From: Podarcis tiliguerta
Lineage: Eukaryota
Direction: 5' to 3' (one strand)
DNA: 64,000 bases
Assembly: GCA_965153285.1 (NCBI GenBank)
Contig: OZ229126.1
Positions within the stretch are counted from its first letter, which is position 1, and each line of letters starts with the position of its first letter. The notes under the pieces are model-generated. The model saw only the letters and a list, made by a program, of their open reading frames with translations. It ran no database searches and was not told where the DNA came from. The position numbers were made by a program, and so were the translations under genes. Below are positions 11,630 through 23,730 of the stretch, in pieces.

Positions 11630-12140
11630 TTGGATCCGCAACCGAAGCGCGCCGAGACTGTTTGCAGGCGGCGTCTCTCAGGTTTGCTCACAAGCAACTC
11701 CCACCGGGGGCTTAATGCTCCCAAGGAAGTTTGCGCTGGGTTGTTATTATGATGAGAGCTTCTTCTGCTCTTCTCGCCTGGGAGACAGCAATTCCTCCAC
11801 TTCCGTAGCTCCAGGCTTGCTCAAAGACTTCCAGCTCTGGACCAGGGAGAAGCGAGCCCTGCGCCCTCCCTCCCGTTGCTAGGATGCCTGCAAAAGCGCC
11901 AGGAAGTCGCTTTGACAGCAAAGGAGGCGAAGGGCGGGAAGCGCGCCGTGTCCTTCCTCCGACTGAGAGAGCATTTTTTTTTTTTTTTGCTTCCCCCTCG
12001 GTGCGCCTGCGCAGAACAGCAGCCGGAAGCCGGAGTACGGCCGAGTGCATGGGGTACATGAGGGTCGGCGGAGCCTCCCACCGGTGAGTGGGTGGAAGGG
12101 GAGTGACGCCAGGGGCCGCAAGGGGCGCTGTGGGCCGGGA
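11630..12140 (+). promoter_or_regulatory. ZDHHC21: ZDHHC21 CpG-island promoter
   Basis: CpG-rich; canonical NRF1 site TGCGCCTGCGCA at 12002-12013; ETS CCGGAAG near 12023; lies 6.4 kb upstream of the coding ATG. Confidence 0.8.
12015..12083 (+). other. ZDHHC21: Probable non-coding exon 1 of ZDHHC21 (start approximate)
   Basis: Strong donor CCG|GTGAGT at 12083/12084, just downstream of the NRF1/ETS cluster. Confidence 0.65.
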
Positions 12141-12218
12141 TGCTCCTGGCCCTCCTGCACTTGTGGGCAAGGGGAGGCAGAACTGGGAGGTGGTGGGAGG
12201 GAGGGAAGTGGGGCCGGG

Positions 12219-12328
12219 TTCTCCCTCTCCTTCTCCCTGTCCCTCTCCCTCTTCTTCTTCCTCTCCTTCTCGTCCTTCCTCTCCCTCTCCCTCTCCCTCT
12301 CCCTCTCCTTCTTCTCCCTCTCCTTCAC
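12219..12328. repeat. Polypyrimidine low-complexity tract (CTCTCC/CTT)n
   Basis: About 110 nt almost entirely C/T. Confidence 0.9.
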
Positions 12329-12529
12329 ATCTGGGCAAGAAGTCTCGCTTTCCTCCACCACCAGGGCCATCTGCAAGCCCAATGTCCCTCACCACCACCT
12401 CATGGTCCAAAGAACCATCAGACATGAACCCTTCTTCCCAAGCTTGGAGCTGGGAAGGGGTTGATGAACACACACCCTTTTGACACTTCCATGGAGCTTG
12501 TTGGCTTGCAGTTGAGGAGATCCAGGTGT

Positions 12530-13260
12530 CTCGGCCAGGCAAGGACCTATAAAGCCCGCTTGAAGGGGTTACACTGCCTCTGAAGGAGCGGGCACGTAGC
12601 TTGAGGGTGCTTCTGGGTCATCGCTGTCCCTTGACGCTCAAGTGGCCTCGGTGGTGGTGTGGAGTGCCTTCCATCAGCTTCGGCTGGTGGTTCAGCTGCA
12701 CTCCTATCGAGTCAGCTTAACCACCAGGTTATATTACTGCAACACATTATTTGTGGCACTGTTTGTGAAGACAGCTCGGAAACTTAAGCTGGTGCAGAAT
12801 CTGTGGTTGCTCACTGGGGCAAGATGGTTTGAGCATACAATGCCAATCCTGGCTTGACTACAGTGGCTACCAGCTAGTTTCCAGGGCCAATTCAAAGAGC
12901 TGGTTTTGACCTATAAAGCCTTAGACGGCTCAGGGTCGTAATATCTCGGGAACCACCTCTCCCCATATGAGCCAACTCAGACCTTGTGGTCATGACCTGA
13001 GGCCTTTCTTTGTGTGCCTCCTCTGCGAGAGGTCCAGAGGGTGCCTACACGAGAACCTGGTCTCCCCAGGTAGGTTCTGTTGGTTCCAAGCAAAAATGTT
13101 CCTCTTCTCCCAGGCCTATGGCTAATTAAACAATCTGTGTCCATTTAAACTTGGGGGAGGTTCTTGTTTTTGTTTGTGCTATGTTATATATTTTTGTGTT
13201 TCTATATTGTAAACCTCCCTGTGCTGTTTGGCTGAAGGGGTGGTATACAAATTAAATTAA
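12530..13260 (+). mobile_element. Decayed L2-like LINE 3' portion
   Basis: Frame remnants RLYYCNTLFVAL..KTARKLKLVQN; 3' end GGGGTGGTATACAAATT followed by an AAT-type tail. Confidence 0.7.
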
Positions 13261-13466
13261 CAATAGTAATAGTAATAATACTGTTGTGTTACTGGCTTCT
13301 TGGTATCACATGTTTAAGAAAGCCCATTGTTTGCTCTCCTGGGAGGCAGGCCTGAGACTTCCTGGTTCTCTCTATTGCTTTGGAACAGAAAAATGTGGTG
13401 GTTGGCAAATACCTTTCTATTGCTTCTGTGATGTGTAGGGTTGGTGCTAGGAAGCTGCCATCTCAT

Positions 13467-13600
13467 CATGGGCGTAGCCAAGGGGGTGGGGCCTAGATCC
13501 ACAAATATTATTGAAACGCATTGCAAGTGCTCAATTATCTGAGGTTCTGCCTCCCCCTTTGGCTGCTCCCCTCCTAACAAAAATCCTGGCTACGCCCATG
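13467..13600. mobile_element. hAT-type MITE
   Basis: CATGGGCGTAGCCA...TGGCTACGCCCATG; perfect 8-bp TSD CATCTCAT. Confidence 0.9.
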
Positions 13601-14289
13601 CATCTCATACCTCCAAAAATGCATTGCCTTTTTTGGGCATTACAGTTTTGGAGATGAATGGTGGTGGCTGCCCAACTTGCATACAAAGGCACTGCCAATG
13701 CCTAGTAAGCATGTTCATGGAGAGGGAATAACTGGCAGCACCAATAGCAGGGCGGACATCCCAGTGACTGGCAACACCAGTGCCTGGTAGGGGCAGAGGT
13801 TGCAGTGCTGAGTGAATGAAGCACTCACCTGGGGGCAGTTAAAAGGCAGTAATTATTTAACTGTTAGTGTTGTTTTTAAGTAACCAAATTTATATACCGA
13901 TTTCTCAAGCGAAAGGCTTCTGGCCCTCCTGTGGCACAGTGGGTCAGTGCGTCTGGAAGGTTGGTGGTTCGAGCCTACCCAGAGACAGTTGTGGGGAGGA
14001 TTCCTGTATTGGATTCGATGATCCTTGGGATCCCTTCAAATTCTACAACTCTATAACTCTAAGCGACTTAATTTGAAATATTAATTTAAGATACTGAAAA
14101 AGAAAACACAGGTTATATATAGTGTGTTGTATAAGTTAAGATATTTTAAAAATAAAGATCTTTACCAAAATCACAGGTTGAAAATTGCATGCTAAAATTA
14201 CATGTCTAGGAAAGCTTGCTGAAACGAAAGTGCCTCCAAGTTCTACTTCTTCAGGTGAATTGTGTAGTCATTTGGTGCCTGCGGTCTGT

Positions 14290-14712
14290 CCCTTGTATGT
14301 AACTCATTCCTTGAAGAGCTCACATTTATCACAGTTGATTCATAATCCACGTTCCTTCAGCCTCTTGAGAACATGTTCCAGATTCTTCATATGATCCTCA
14401 TCACTAGGTGATGTCACCCAGATTGTATCTATCTGGTCATAGTATCAATGCCTACCAAATTGTTAGTGAAGGTGCTGCTCCAAATACCAATTGGTTACAC
14501 TGGAACAAACCCTTTTCAGGGTTGATGGTGGTCAGAAACTTGATTCCTCCTCTTCTTCTTCTTGCATTTGGAGATGAACCTGTGCCACATCTGGTTTCCT
14601 AAACTCCTTTCCTTCAGATAACAGTAAGAAAATATCCTCAGTTTGAGTCAGGGAGCCATTTCCCTCTCTTAGCAGTGGGTTAATGATCTCCATGAAGTCA
14701 CCGCAGACCTGT
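14290..14712 (-). mobile_element. Decayed Ty3/Gypsy LTR-retrotransposon reverse-transcriptase fragment
   Basis: Manual minus-strand translation across stops and frameshifts: VCGDFMEIINPLL...EDIFLLLSEGKEFRKPDVAQVHLQM...GLFQCNQLVFGAA...IDTIWVTSPSDEDHMKNLEHVLKRLKERGL*INCDKCELFK. This is colinear with Gypsy RT motifs (CGDFK, DLxQAYLQ, GLFxYxRLxFG, YLDD region, HLxNLxxVLxRL). Confidence 0.8.
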
Positions 14713-15780
14713 TTCAGCTCATATTTTTTTGCCCATAATTAGATCATAAAGTTCAAGCTACCCATTGAACTAATGGCTATGAATTACTGGTTTGTGAAGT
14801 GCTTGGATGCCAGTATAAATGTTAAGTGATTGTTTTATTACCTGGCAGAAAATTATTAGAAATATACCTAGTTTTAATAGTTATTTCTACCTTAACCACA
14901 GTTGTGCTCCGTGTGTAAGCATGTACCAACTGATGTAGTAGGTCTGATGGGAATAATTTTTATTGGCTGTGTGAAAGCATGCTCTTTAGCTTTGGAGTTG
15001 GCTGAGATTAGCAATATTTGATATAGATAGTACAATTGAAGGTGTGAAATGCCTGCTAAACGTTTGTGTGGCACACTGGGATTAGCTTTTTAAAAATAGA
15101 TTATTTGTTTAATTAAATTATCTGCAAATGGGTACTTGTGCTAAAAGGGCTGGTTTACAGCAGGGTCACTTTGGAAACATGCATACACCAAAGAAAAAGT
15201 TACCAGCACCCTGAAGTTCCCTTGGTTTGATTATAAACTTGTTGAATTCATTTGTTTTTAAATTAATGTTAATTGCCTCAAAGGCATTTTACAGATGTAC
15301 CACAAAAATGGCTAAGAATAATTTCAAAAACAGTTTTTTAAAAAAACAAACCACAATGCTAAAAGCAAATAACTAAAGACAGGTTTAAAAACACTACAAA
15401 ATTAACACCTAAGGCAGCTGGAGAAGCTTGTTGGAACAAAAATGTACCCAACTGTTGCCAGAAACTACAGATAACCAAGTATCCCTCCTGTATAGCACTT
15501 TGACAGCTATGCAAAGTTTGATAGCAGTATAGTAGTGTTCCCTCTGTAGTGCTTGGATTTTTCTTGATTCCGTGGCGCTTGATTTCACAACTCATGCTCT
15601 TTTTATTACGATAATTATTTGTCGGCTTAATCACTCTTGCTGTCACTAGGAGACTAATTGGCAGAGTTCTGCTGATAGACAACTTGCAGCGTGTTCCCAG
15701 CCATGCTTACTTTGCATTCAGTGGTATTTACTTTCCTGTTTAGGATCATCACAGCCGTACAGGGGCCTACCTGCGTGTAC

Positions 15781-15921
15781 CTTGGGGTGGAAAACCTGTG
15801 GGTGTCCAGATGCTGTTGTACTACAACTCCCATCATCCTTGGCCATTGGCCATGCTGGTTGAGGGTCGATGGGAGTTGGAGTCCAGCAATATTTGGACAG
15901 CCGCAGATTTCCCATCCCTGG
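15781..15921. mobile_element. Palindromic hAT-like MITE with ACTACAACTCCCA core
   Basis: Internal inverted repeat actacaactcccatc...gatgggagttggagt; relatives at ~34130-34241 and ~44385-44480. Confidence 0.7.
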
Positions 15922-17117
15922 TATGCCTAGCTGTTATGCTGTTCCTTCCAATGGTTAATAGCAAAACTGCAATAATGCACCCAAGCGCAGCTGTGGGCAG
16001 GATTCCTGCATTATGGGGGGTTGAACTAGATGACTCTCAGGGTCCCTTCCAACTCTACAGTTCTATGATTCTATGGTAGTAAAAACGAGAACCGATGAAG
16101 CAGTGATGCTGGTCTTTCCCACAACCCCCTTACCAACATCATTGCCATCTTACCGAAATGTAAGCAACTTCACTTAACATGTGGAGGACCTTTGTAAAGG
16201 AAACTTTTTTAACTATGGTGAAAAAGAAAACACCTGTGCCAATTTTCTGATAGGGCAGATATCATAAGGGATGCAAAATCTGTTAATCTGAGCAACAACA
16301 CAATATGCTAAAACAGCACCTATCGTTGCACATGTTGATGAAATTCTCAGCACTTATGGCACAGTACAGGAAAAAGTGTCAGGCAACCTGCTCTGTGCTT
16401 GATGGCGCTCACAGAATAAAAGGAGTTGCAACGGCTATTTAAAGCTAGTTGCGATGCGATGTAGAAGATTAAGAAAGGCTGTTCATGCAATCTGTGATAT
16501 TCAAGGAAGAGAGGAATTTAGGTGGAGTTCAGTGGCAGTGTGTAGGTGTAGCAGAAGAAATGCGGTTTGACTTGTAGTAGTAGTAATGATAGTAATAATA
16601 ATGTATTACCCTGCCCATCTGGTGTAGGACTTTAAATATGACTACCTGAATTCTTAATTGGATGCAGGTGCAGAATTTATATAGGAGAAGTTTGGGGTTG
16701 CTTGAGAGAGATTGGAAACACATTTGGTTGGTCTATACTTATGGTTTGTAGGCAAAGTGTGAAATTAAGAGTAGAGTAAAGCCGCCCCTTAGATAAATAT
16801 CTGATTTGTTTAAAGTTTTTGCTCAAGTACAGCCTGTTCATAAACAAGTTGATCTGAACCTGTGGGAGTTTGATTCTACGTCACGATCAGATCATTTCCT
16901 AATGAAGTTTACACTGGCGGTAGTCTCCACAGGGATGATGGATCTATGAGTACATTTGGCTGATGGAATCTGAGGGATTTTTTTTAGTTTCCTTGCCAAG
17001 TTCTCTGTTTGGCAGAGCAAGTACTTCTGTTGAAAACCTAGTCCAGGAACGTTCATGTTTGCCTTGACTTGAATGCCTCCGTTTCTATAGCTCATTCAAG
17101 GGAGATGTTGAGAACAC

Positions 17118-17205
17118 CTGTTAGTCTGGTTTAGTAGAGCATAAGACTCTTAATCTTAGTGTCATGGGTTTGAGCCCCATGTTGAGCAAAAAAAAAGATT
17201 CCTAC
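17118..17205 (+). mobile_element. tRNA-Lys(CTT)-derived SINE head, degenerate
   Basis: AGAGCATAAGACTCTTAATCTTAGTGTCATGGGTTTGAGCCCCATGTTG...AAGATTCCT. Reverse-strand relatives with CR1-like tails occur at ~7504-7610, ~24160-24280, ~37445-37540 and ~53182-53325. Confidence 0.7.
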
Positions 17206-18465
17206 ACCGGACTGGTTCACCCTTGTGGTTCTCTGACCAGAGGATGTGGATGAGTTTGCTTAGAGAGGTGCAGCAATAACATTTCTTGCAGACCCTTTCC
17301 TGGCACGGCTGATACCACGATGTGGATGTGGTTAATGCCTCTTTGCAAGAGGGGGTAATTCTGGCCAGCTTGGAAAAGCTGTCTGTGATATGATTCCTAA
17401 GGACACCTATACCCCACCCCACCCCACCCCCCCAAAAAAGCTATAACAAGCCCTGGCCAGTTGCAAATATCTTGTTCTTATCTTAGGCAATGTGATCAAG
17501 TAGATGGTGGCTGTGCAACTTTCACCTTAAAAAAAAAGAAAAAGATTTGCTCTATAGGAATGTTTCTCTGTTATTTTTATTAGGGAAATATTTGTAGAGA
17601 ATACTTTATGTCACAATGCCCCCATCACTAGTTGGCAGTAGAAACAGGATAATAAATCACCTATCTTTTTTAAAGTCTGATTTCAGGTGAAGTTGCAGAA
17701 GTGCTGAGTCAATGACTGGAATCAGTAATGGGCTTCATGAGAGCCAACAAACTGAAGCTTAATCCTGATAAGGCACAGGTTTTGTAGGTACGTAATATAG
17801 CTACCCTTCCCAGGTAGAATTGCCTATGTTCCTCCCTTATCAGCACCAAGCAAAAATCCTTATTATTATATTTTTTCCCCAACTTTTGAAGCTTTCAGCT
17901 GTTGCCCTCTTTTTTAAAAAAAAAAATATGATACTGTTTTATTGTTTATTTTAATGATGATGCTTTTCTTAGTGTGTTTTACTGTCATCTGTTTTGTAAA
18001 CCACTCTAGGAACTATGTGCTGAATGTAAAGCCCCTAAAAATAAATAAGTAAAAATAATGATAAGCAATGTTTGTCCAGAAGTAATTATTTTTGTGTTTC
18101 ATGTGACTTGGTCCCAGGGAAGTGTGTATAGGATTTCAAACTTGGTGGACAACAAGAAATGGAAGACTGGAAGCCTGTCTGGCTACAGGCCATTCAGTGA
18201 TGTGTGGAATCCTATTTGATTTCCAAGTGTGAACCCTGGAGTGGCATCTCTTTCATGAAAGGGCAGTTTCCCTGGCTTAACTTCTTTCTCACCTACAGCT
18301 GAAGGTTGCTTCCTTCATGCGTGGTGCCATTCATTTGTGTGTTACTGACACAGCTTGGGAACGTTCATAAAATTGTTAAACTAATTAATGTTTTTTTCCC
18401 CTCCTTAGGCTTAGTGTCCCCCCCCCCCTTTCTGCGTGGAGCAAGCTGCCTTCAGATTATGTACA

Positions 18466-18619
18466 ATGGGACTACGGATTCACTTTGTTGTTGATCCTCA
18501 GGGCTGGTTCTGTATGGGCCTGATTATCTTTGTTTGGCTTTTCAACACGCTCTTCATTCCAAAAATTATCCTCTTTCCACACTATGAAGAGGAGCATATA
18601 TCACTGGTTACACTACTGT
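18466..18619 (+). CDS. ZDHHC21: Palmitoyltransferase ZDHHC21, coding exon 1 (154 nt)
   Basis: MGLRIHFVVDPQGWFCMGLIIFVWLFN...PKIILFPHYEEEH; donor T|GTAAGT; likely acceptor ccttag at 18408. Confidence 0.97.
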
Positions 18620-20108
18620 GTAAGTCACATTTCTCGCTAGTTCTTTTATTTCACTTGGACTGAGTGTGCCACTGCAGTCAGTTAAAAACTTTTAATTATT
18701 ATCTGTTTGACTAATTGGGTAATTAGTTAAAAGCCAATCAAATGGACATATTACAGCAGTTAAATCTATCATATGCAGCTTTTTTTTGAGGCTTCTGAAG
18801 GAAAGAGTCAATTTCTTTTAATATCATATATAAAGGAATAAAAAAAAGTTCCCAATAACTGCAGAGGGGGGAGATGGTGATCATAGCAATATTTTCATTG
18901 ACTTTCATAAACAAATCCACAGTTATTGTAACTGTGTTCAGGTAAGCTAATTTGATACTTCCATAGCTTTTTTCCAATATGTTCTGCATCAACTTTGTGC
19001 ACTGACTATATTCTCAAGACAGGAGGCATAGAAACCGGTTTAACAGATTGTATGGAGATACAAACGGGAGAAGAGAGAGAGAAGGGAGCTGGCAGTAGGT
19101 GAGCTTGTGCAGAACAGATGGAGCAAAGAGATAAGAGAGAAAGAATAACCTGGATGGAGAGATGAATAGCTTTAAAAGTAAAGATCAGATGCTAATTTTG
19201 CCAATATCTGGATGCATGGCAACCCTAACTAAAGGAAAGGGGTGATTGAGAGTGCTCTCCTGGTAATTCTGCCTGCAAACAAGTTTGGGAGTGCTTTCAA
19301 GAATATCAATAGTTCACCCAAAACTTCTACATTGTACTCTTTTGCACATTTCCCCGTTCCTCTTCACAGCAACAGTGTTTTTTGAGTGTGTGTCTCCCGC
19401 TGTGATCCATCCACACATGGGTAGTGTTTATCCCTTCTGCTTTCCTCCCCAAAGAAGTAACTTTTAACCCTCTAAAGATGTACCAAGTGGTACCAGGGAT
19501 GTATGATTTCACAAACAAGATTAGGCTTGACTGGGGTGTTTTGAGATTACTGATCCTAGCATGATACGTACAGGAAATATCGACTGACTCTCTGAGTAAT
19601 CGATTTGCCATTTCCCATCAATGCCACTTGTATCTGTAAGATCATATTTTAACAAATATTTCACAAGTAAAAGTCTAGCGGCTGTGTTAGTACCACTCTT
19701 ATTATGGGCTGTAGTACCACTGCAGCCCTTTAATATCTTGGAGTGGTTATACCCTTAGTCTACTGAGCTGGGGAGCAATATGGGAATATAGGAGAGGAAG
19801 TTGGTAGCATAGGCTAGACTCTCTGCCATCTGCCATGCCCATCAGTCTACTTATTCATAACCAGAAGTGCCACAAATCCTCACCGCTTCTGCCGTTTGTG
19901 CAGCAGGTCAGTCCACCTGTAGGTTATATCGTTGCTGTGTATTGCAGCAAGACATAGTCTGTATTCTCCCTATATTTTCTTTTGCTTCCAAAAAGTGGAG
20001 CAGTCTGCATTTGAACCTTCAGAGACATGCATGCAATTCATTTTCTTCAGTAATTTGAGAAAAGCCTGTTAAAATTTCCATTAAGAAGACTGCCGTTATA
20101 TTTTACAG

Positions 20109-20207
20109 GTTACTACCTAGTTGCATTTTTCTGTGTTGTCTCATTACTGAGAGCCTCAGTAGCTGATCCAGGAAGACTACCTGAAAGCCCAAAGATACCA
20201 GTTACAG
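20109..20207 (+). CDS. ZDHHC21: ZDHHC21 coding exon 2 (99 nt)
   Basis: ttttacag|..YYLVAFFCVVSLLRASVADPGRLPESPKIPVT..|GTACAG; contains the DPG motif. Confidence 0.95.
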
Positions 20208-20269
20208 GTACAGTTTTGGTTTGCCTTCCTTTATGTTGTTGTTGTTGTTATTAAAAAAGGTGCAGTTTT

Positions 20270-20500
20270 GAATGTATTCCAACTAAAGGAGGTTCTGCCT
20301 AAGCATCAGAAAAAAACTTTCTGACAGTAGGAGCTGTCAGAATGGTCTCCCTCGGGAGGTTGTGTGCTCTCCTTCCTTGGAGGTTTTTAAGCAGAAGTTG
20401 GATGGCCATCTGTCATGGATGCTTTAGCTGAGATTCCTGCATTGCAGGGGGCCGGACTAGATGACCCTTGGGATCCCTTCCAATTCTATGATTCTGTGAT
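20270..20500 (+). mobile_element. CR1 LINE 3' end
   Basis: CCTTCCTTGGAGGTTTTTAAGCAG...GATCCCTTCCAATTCTATGATTCT tail. Confidence 0.8.
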
Positions 20501-20579
20501 TTCAGTCTGAGTTTTTGCCAGGGTTTGGGGCAGATATTGCCTTGGTTACCCTTCGCAAGACATGTGCTTTGATTGACTC

Positions 20580-20661
20580 TCCTAGATTTCTCAGCAGCTT
20601 CCAATGTGTTCACCACAATATCCTAGATTTCTCAGCAGCTTCCAATGTGTTCACCACAATA
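20580..20661. repeat. Perfect 41-bp tandem duplication
   Basis: TCCTAGATTTCTCAGCAGCTTCCAATGTGTTCACCACAATA x2. Confidence 0.9.
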
Positions 20662-23062
20662 TCCATCCAGTTTTCGAGCTGCCATCATGGACTGAGATCT
20701 GACAGTGCATTGGTGTGGTTCTGCTTTATCTTACAGCGAGGTTCCAGAATGCGGGGAAAGGAGAATTAAATGTTACCCAGTGGGTGTGAGCTTGTGAGGT
20801 TGCATGCAACCAAGTTATACTCATAGCAAACCTGTTGAAATTAATGGCCCTAAGTTAGCCATGTTATTTTCAATGGGTCTACTTTGAGTACAACTTACAT
20901 CCATGGTGGTTTGAGTCTGTATTATCTCCCCTGCTCCTTAATATCGACATGAAACCACTTGATGTGGTGTGTCAAGGGATTTTGGTCACAGCGCAATCAT
21001 TACGCTAATGGCATCAAGTTCTATTGCTCCTTTCTGTCTCTACCAGGTGTGATGGTGACATTTATTTAGCTGCGATAATATAAAATACTTTGTGCCCTGC
21101 TAGTTTTTAAATGAAATATTGGTCATAGTTTTTGTATCTTATATGCTGCTTAAACTACTTGGAGCAAAAAAGGGGTTATATAATAGCTAGACTTGCTGTA
21201 GATAGGAGCAAAGTGTATTAATCAGTAAGCTACTATGTATTTCTTTTAGGGGTTTAGCAGAAGCAAAGAAATGTTTTTGAAGTCACTGGTCTTGCATCAG
21301 TACCACTAGAAATTGTTCCAAGAAACTTTGCACCAACATATTTAAATCTATCAGATTTGCTTTCTGATAAAACATAATGTACTTCATGACTTTTGCTTTC
21401 TGGAATGCCCATTCCTTTGGATTTTGTTGAATTAAAAGCTTTAGGTACATACATACATACATACATACATACCGGTACATACATCATTTTACTTGTATGC
21501 CACCTTTCCACAGTTCGAACCATGCTCAAGGCAGCTTACAACTTGAGGGAAAAAGCATAACAACAACCTAACAAAAGTGGTCCTAAATGGTATACAAGAC
21601 ATTAAAAATACACAACCAAACTGAACAAACAAACAGCAAGAGCAACAATCCCCTCCAACAAAACCTGACCGACTCCACAAACTTTGTTGCAAAATAAAAC
21701 TAAAGGAGCTTTGATTATTTTGTTATTTTGTATCTGTTAATTTAGACTGTTTTGTACCATTTCAGAGATAATTTTATCTTTGTTTCTGTATTATTGCACA
21801 AACTGGTATGGTCAGATTCATTTGTTGCCTGTTTTAAATCGCATTGGAAAACTTGCCTTCTGTTAATGGTAACTCTCTTATTAAAGAGTAACACCTTTGT
21901 GACATTGGCTTTATGGGAACAGATTGAAAATCAGTTTCCCATCTGGCATTATTACTAGTTTAATGATCTTGAATATTGGGTTTCCATACTGCCAATGTGC
22001 AAATGATGTCATTTTTCAACAAGATGAGAAACATGGCAGCTCTCCGACTTAAAATTGAGCCTACATAAATAAATATATAAATGTTTCCGTATAAGCAAAT
22101 TCAATAAGAAATGGTTGAAAAACCCTATAAAATAATTCTATATATGACGTGTATTAGTGAGAAGCATAGGACCATGCAAATGTCACCTTGCCTAATTCCA
22201 TTTCCATTTCAGGGGTCACCTTTCCTTTTGTCATCCTCAAATATGAAAATCTAATTATGTCTCCTCTTCACTTAAAGCAAATAATCAAGCTTATGAGTTG
22301 TATCCTTCCAGAGAGGGAAGCCTTTGGATACAAATCCCTTTTACCGCAAATGCACCTTTCCAAAACTAAATGCATTATCAGAAGCCAAATTAATTTTAAA
22401 ATAGCTTTACATGTAGGTGCTATTCAGAGAGTGTTAGGTGCACCTTAGTTAATTTTAAATAAATGGGACTTAACAGTTTGCAATTCTGTTCTAGTGACCT
22501 AATGTACACTAAGAACACCGTTTAGAGGCTATTTTCATTGTAGTCACTGCATTAGTTTAATGAAGGCAGGTAGTTTGATCATGGCAGGTGTCACTATCCT
22601 TTTCACAAACCAGAGAAACTGTCATAGGCACCTCTCAAACAAGCACAGCATATTGCATTGGACACAACAGATTGCTTGATGGGCCATTGGTTTGACTCCG
22701 TATAAGACATCTTCTGATGTTTGTAAATTCTATAGACTGCATTACCTAAAATTCTGTGGGCATTCCATTTTGCATGATCAAGAGTTCTGTGAAACTGAAA
22801 GCTTGTATGTGCTTTGATTAAATTAAGGGGGGGGGGGTTGTACTTTTTCTCTTTTGTAGCCATCACAGTGGTCTTCTAAAACACCTGGTATGTTTTGGCT
22901 TATCGGGATGCAAACGGGGGACATTTTTATATGTTCCTTTCTTTTCCTGTAAAATCATAAACTACACTAAGACTTTATGGGTCTTAAGGAAGCAAAAACA
23001 TAATGGCAATTCTGGGGAAGGGGAGAGTTTGTAATAACCGACTCTGCATTTTCTTTCTTTAG

Positions 23063-23174
23063 AAAGAGACTTTTGGGAATTATGTAATAAATGTAATATG
23101 ATGAGACCAAAGCGTTCCCACCACTGCAGTCGATGTGGGCACTGTGTTAGGAAAATGGATCATCATTGCCCGTG
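23063..23174 (+). CDS. ZDHHC21: ZDHHC21 coding exon 3 (112 nt), DHHC cysteine-rich domain
   Basis: tttctttag|..[36 protein letters not shown](W)|GTAAGT. Confidence 0.98.
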
Positions 23175-23373
23175 GTAAGTTGATTGCCTCTCCACATCCT
23201 AAATAGGCACACTGACTGCTAATGTAATCATTGTTTGTCATTGTTTCCCAAAAGCTGCATATTTCACAGTGATGATATCACCATAAACATCAGCCCCACC
23301 CCCCAAGTGACTTTAGGATTCAAGGTGTAAATGTTGGTTTTCAAAATTAAGCTTTGGAAATGGATTATTAATA

Positions 23374-23730
23374 CAGTGGTGCCCCGCAAGACGAATGCCT
23401 CGCAAGACGGAAAACCCGCTAGACGAAAGGGTTTTCCGTTTTCAGAGGTGCTTCGCAGGACAAATTTCTCTATGGGCTTGCTTCGCAAGACGAAAATGTC
23501 TTGCGATTCTTGAGGGGGTTTTTCGCTCCCCACCCCCTTTTTCTAAGGCGCTAAGCTGCTAATAGCCTTTTAGCAGCTAATCTGCTAATCCCTTAAGACT
23601 TTAATAGCCGCTAAACCGCTAATAGCGCTAATAGCGCTAATCCGCTAATAGGGTTGCTTCGCAAGACGAAAAAACCACTAGACGAAGAGACTCGCGGAAT
23701 GGATTAATTTCGTCTTGCAAGGCACCACTG
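23374..23730. mobile_element. Tc1/mariner-type MITE with internal CGCTAATA repeats
   Basis: TA|CAGTGGTGCC..GCAAGACGAA...TTCGTCTTGCAAGGCACCACTG|TA. Confidence 0.85.

Noticed and set aside
11712-12542. Several long overlapping ORFs (276 aa, 167 aa, 139 aa, 131 aa)
   Set aside because: They arise from the GC-rich promoter and the CTCTCC low-complexity tract (EGEGEG, SPSPSP, ERERER); no domain or splice logic.
17118-17205. tRNA-Lys(CTT)-like sequence as a tRNA gene
   Set aside because: Acceptor and D stems are degenerate and the B-box is mutated (GGTTTGAG). It runs into a SINE body, and several diverged relatives occur in the window.
17688-17788. Possible extra non-coding ZDHHC21 exon (tttcag...tag|GTACGT)
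   Set aside because: It lies in an L2-like remnant; splice-like motifs alone are not enough without transcript data.
23550-23655. Short CGCTAATA-type repeats suggestive of an array
   Set aside because: Internal subrepeats of a MITE; no repeat-spacer structure, and the DNA is eukaryotic, so not CRISPR.
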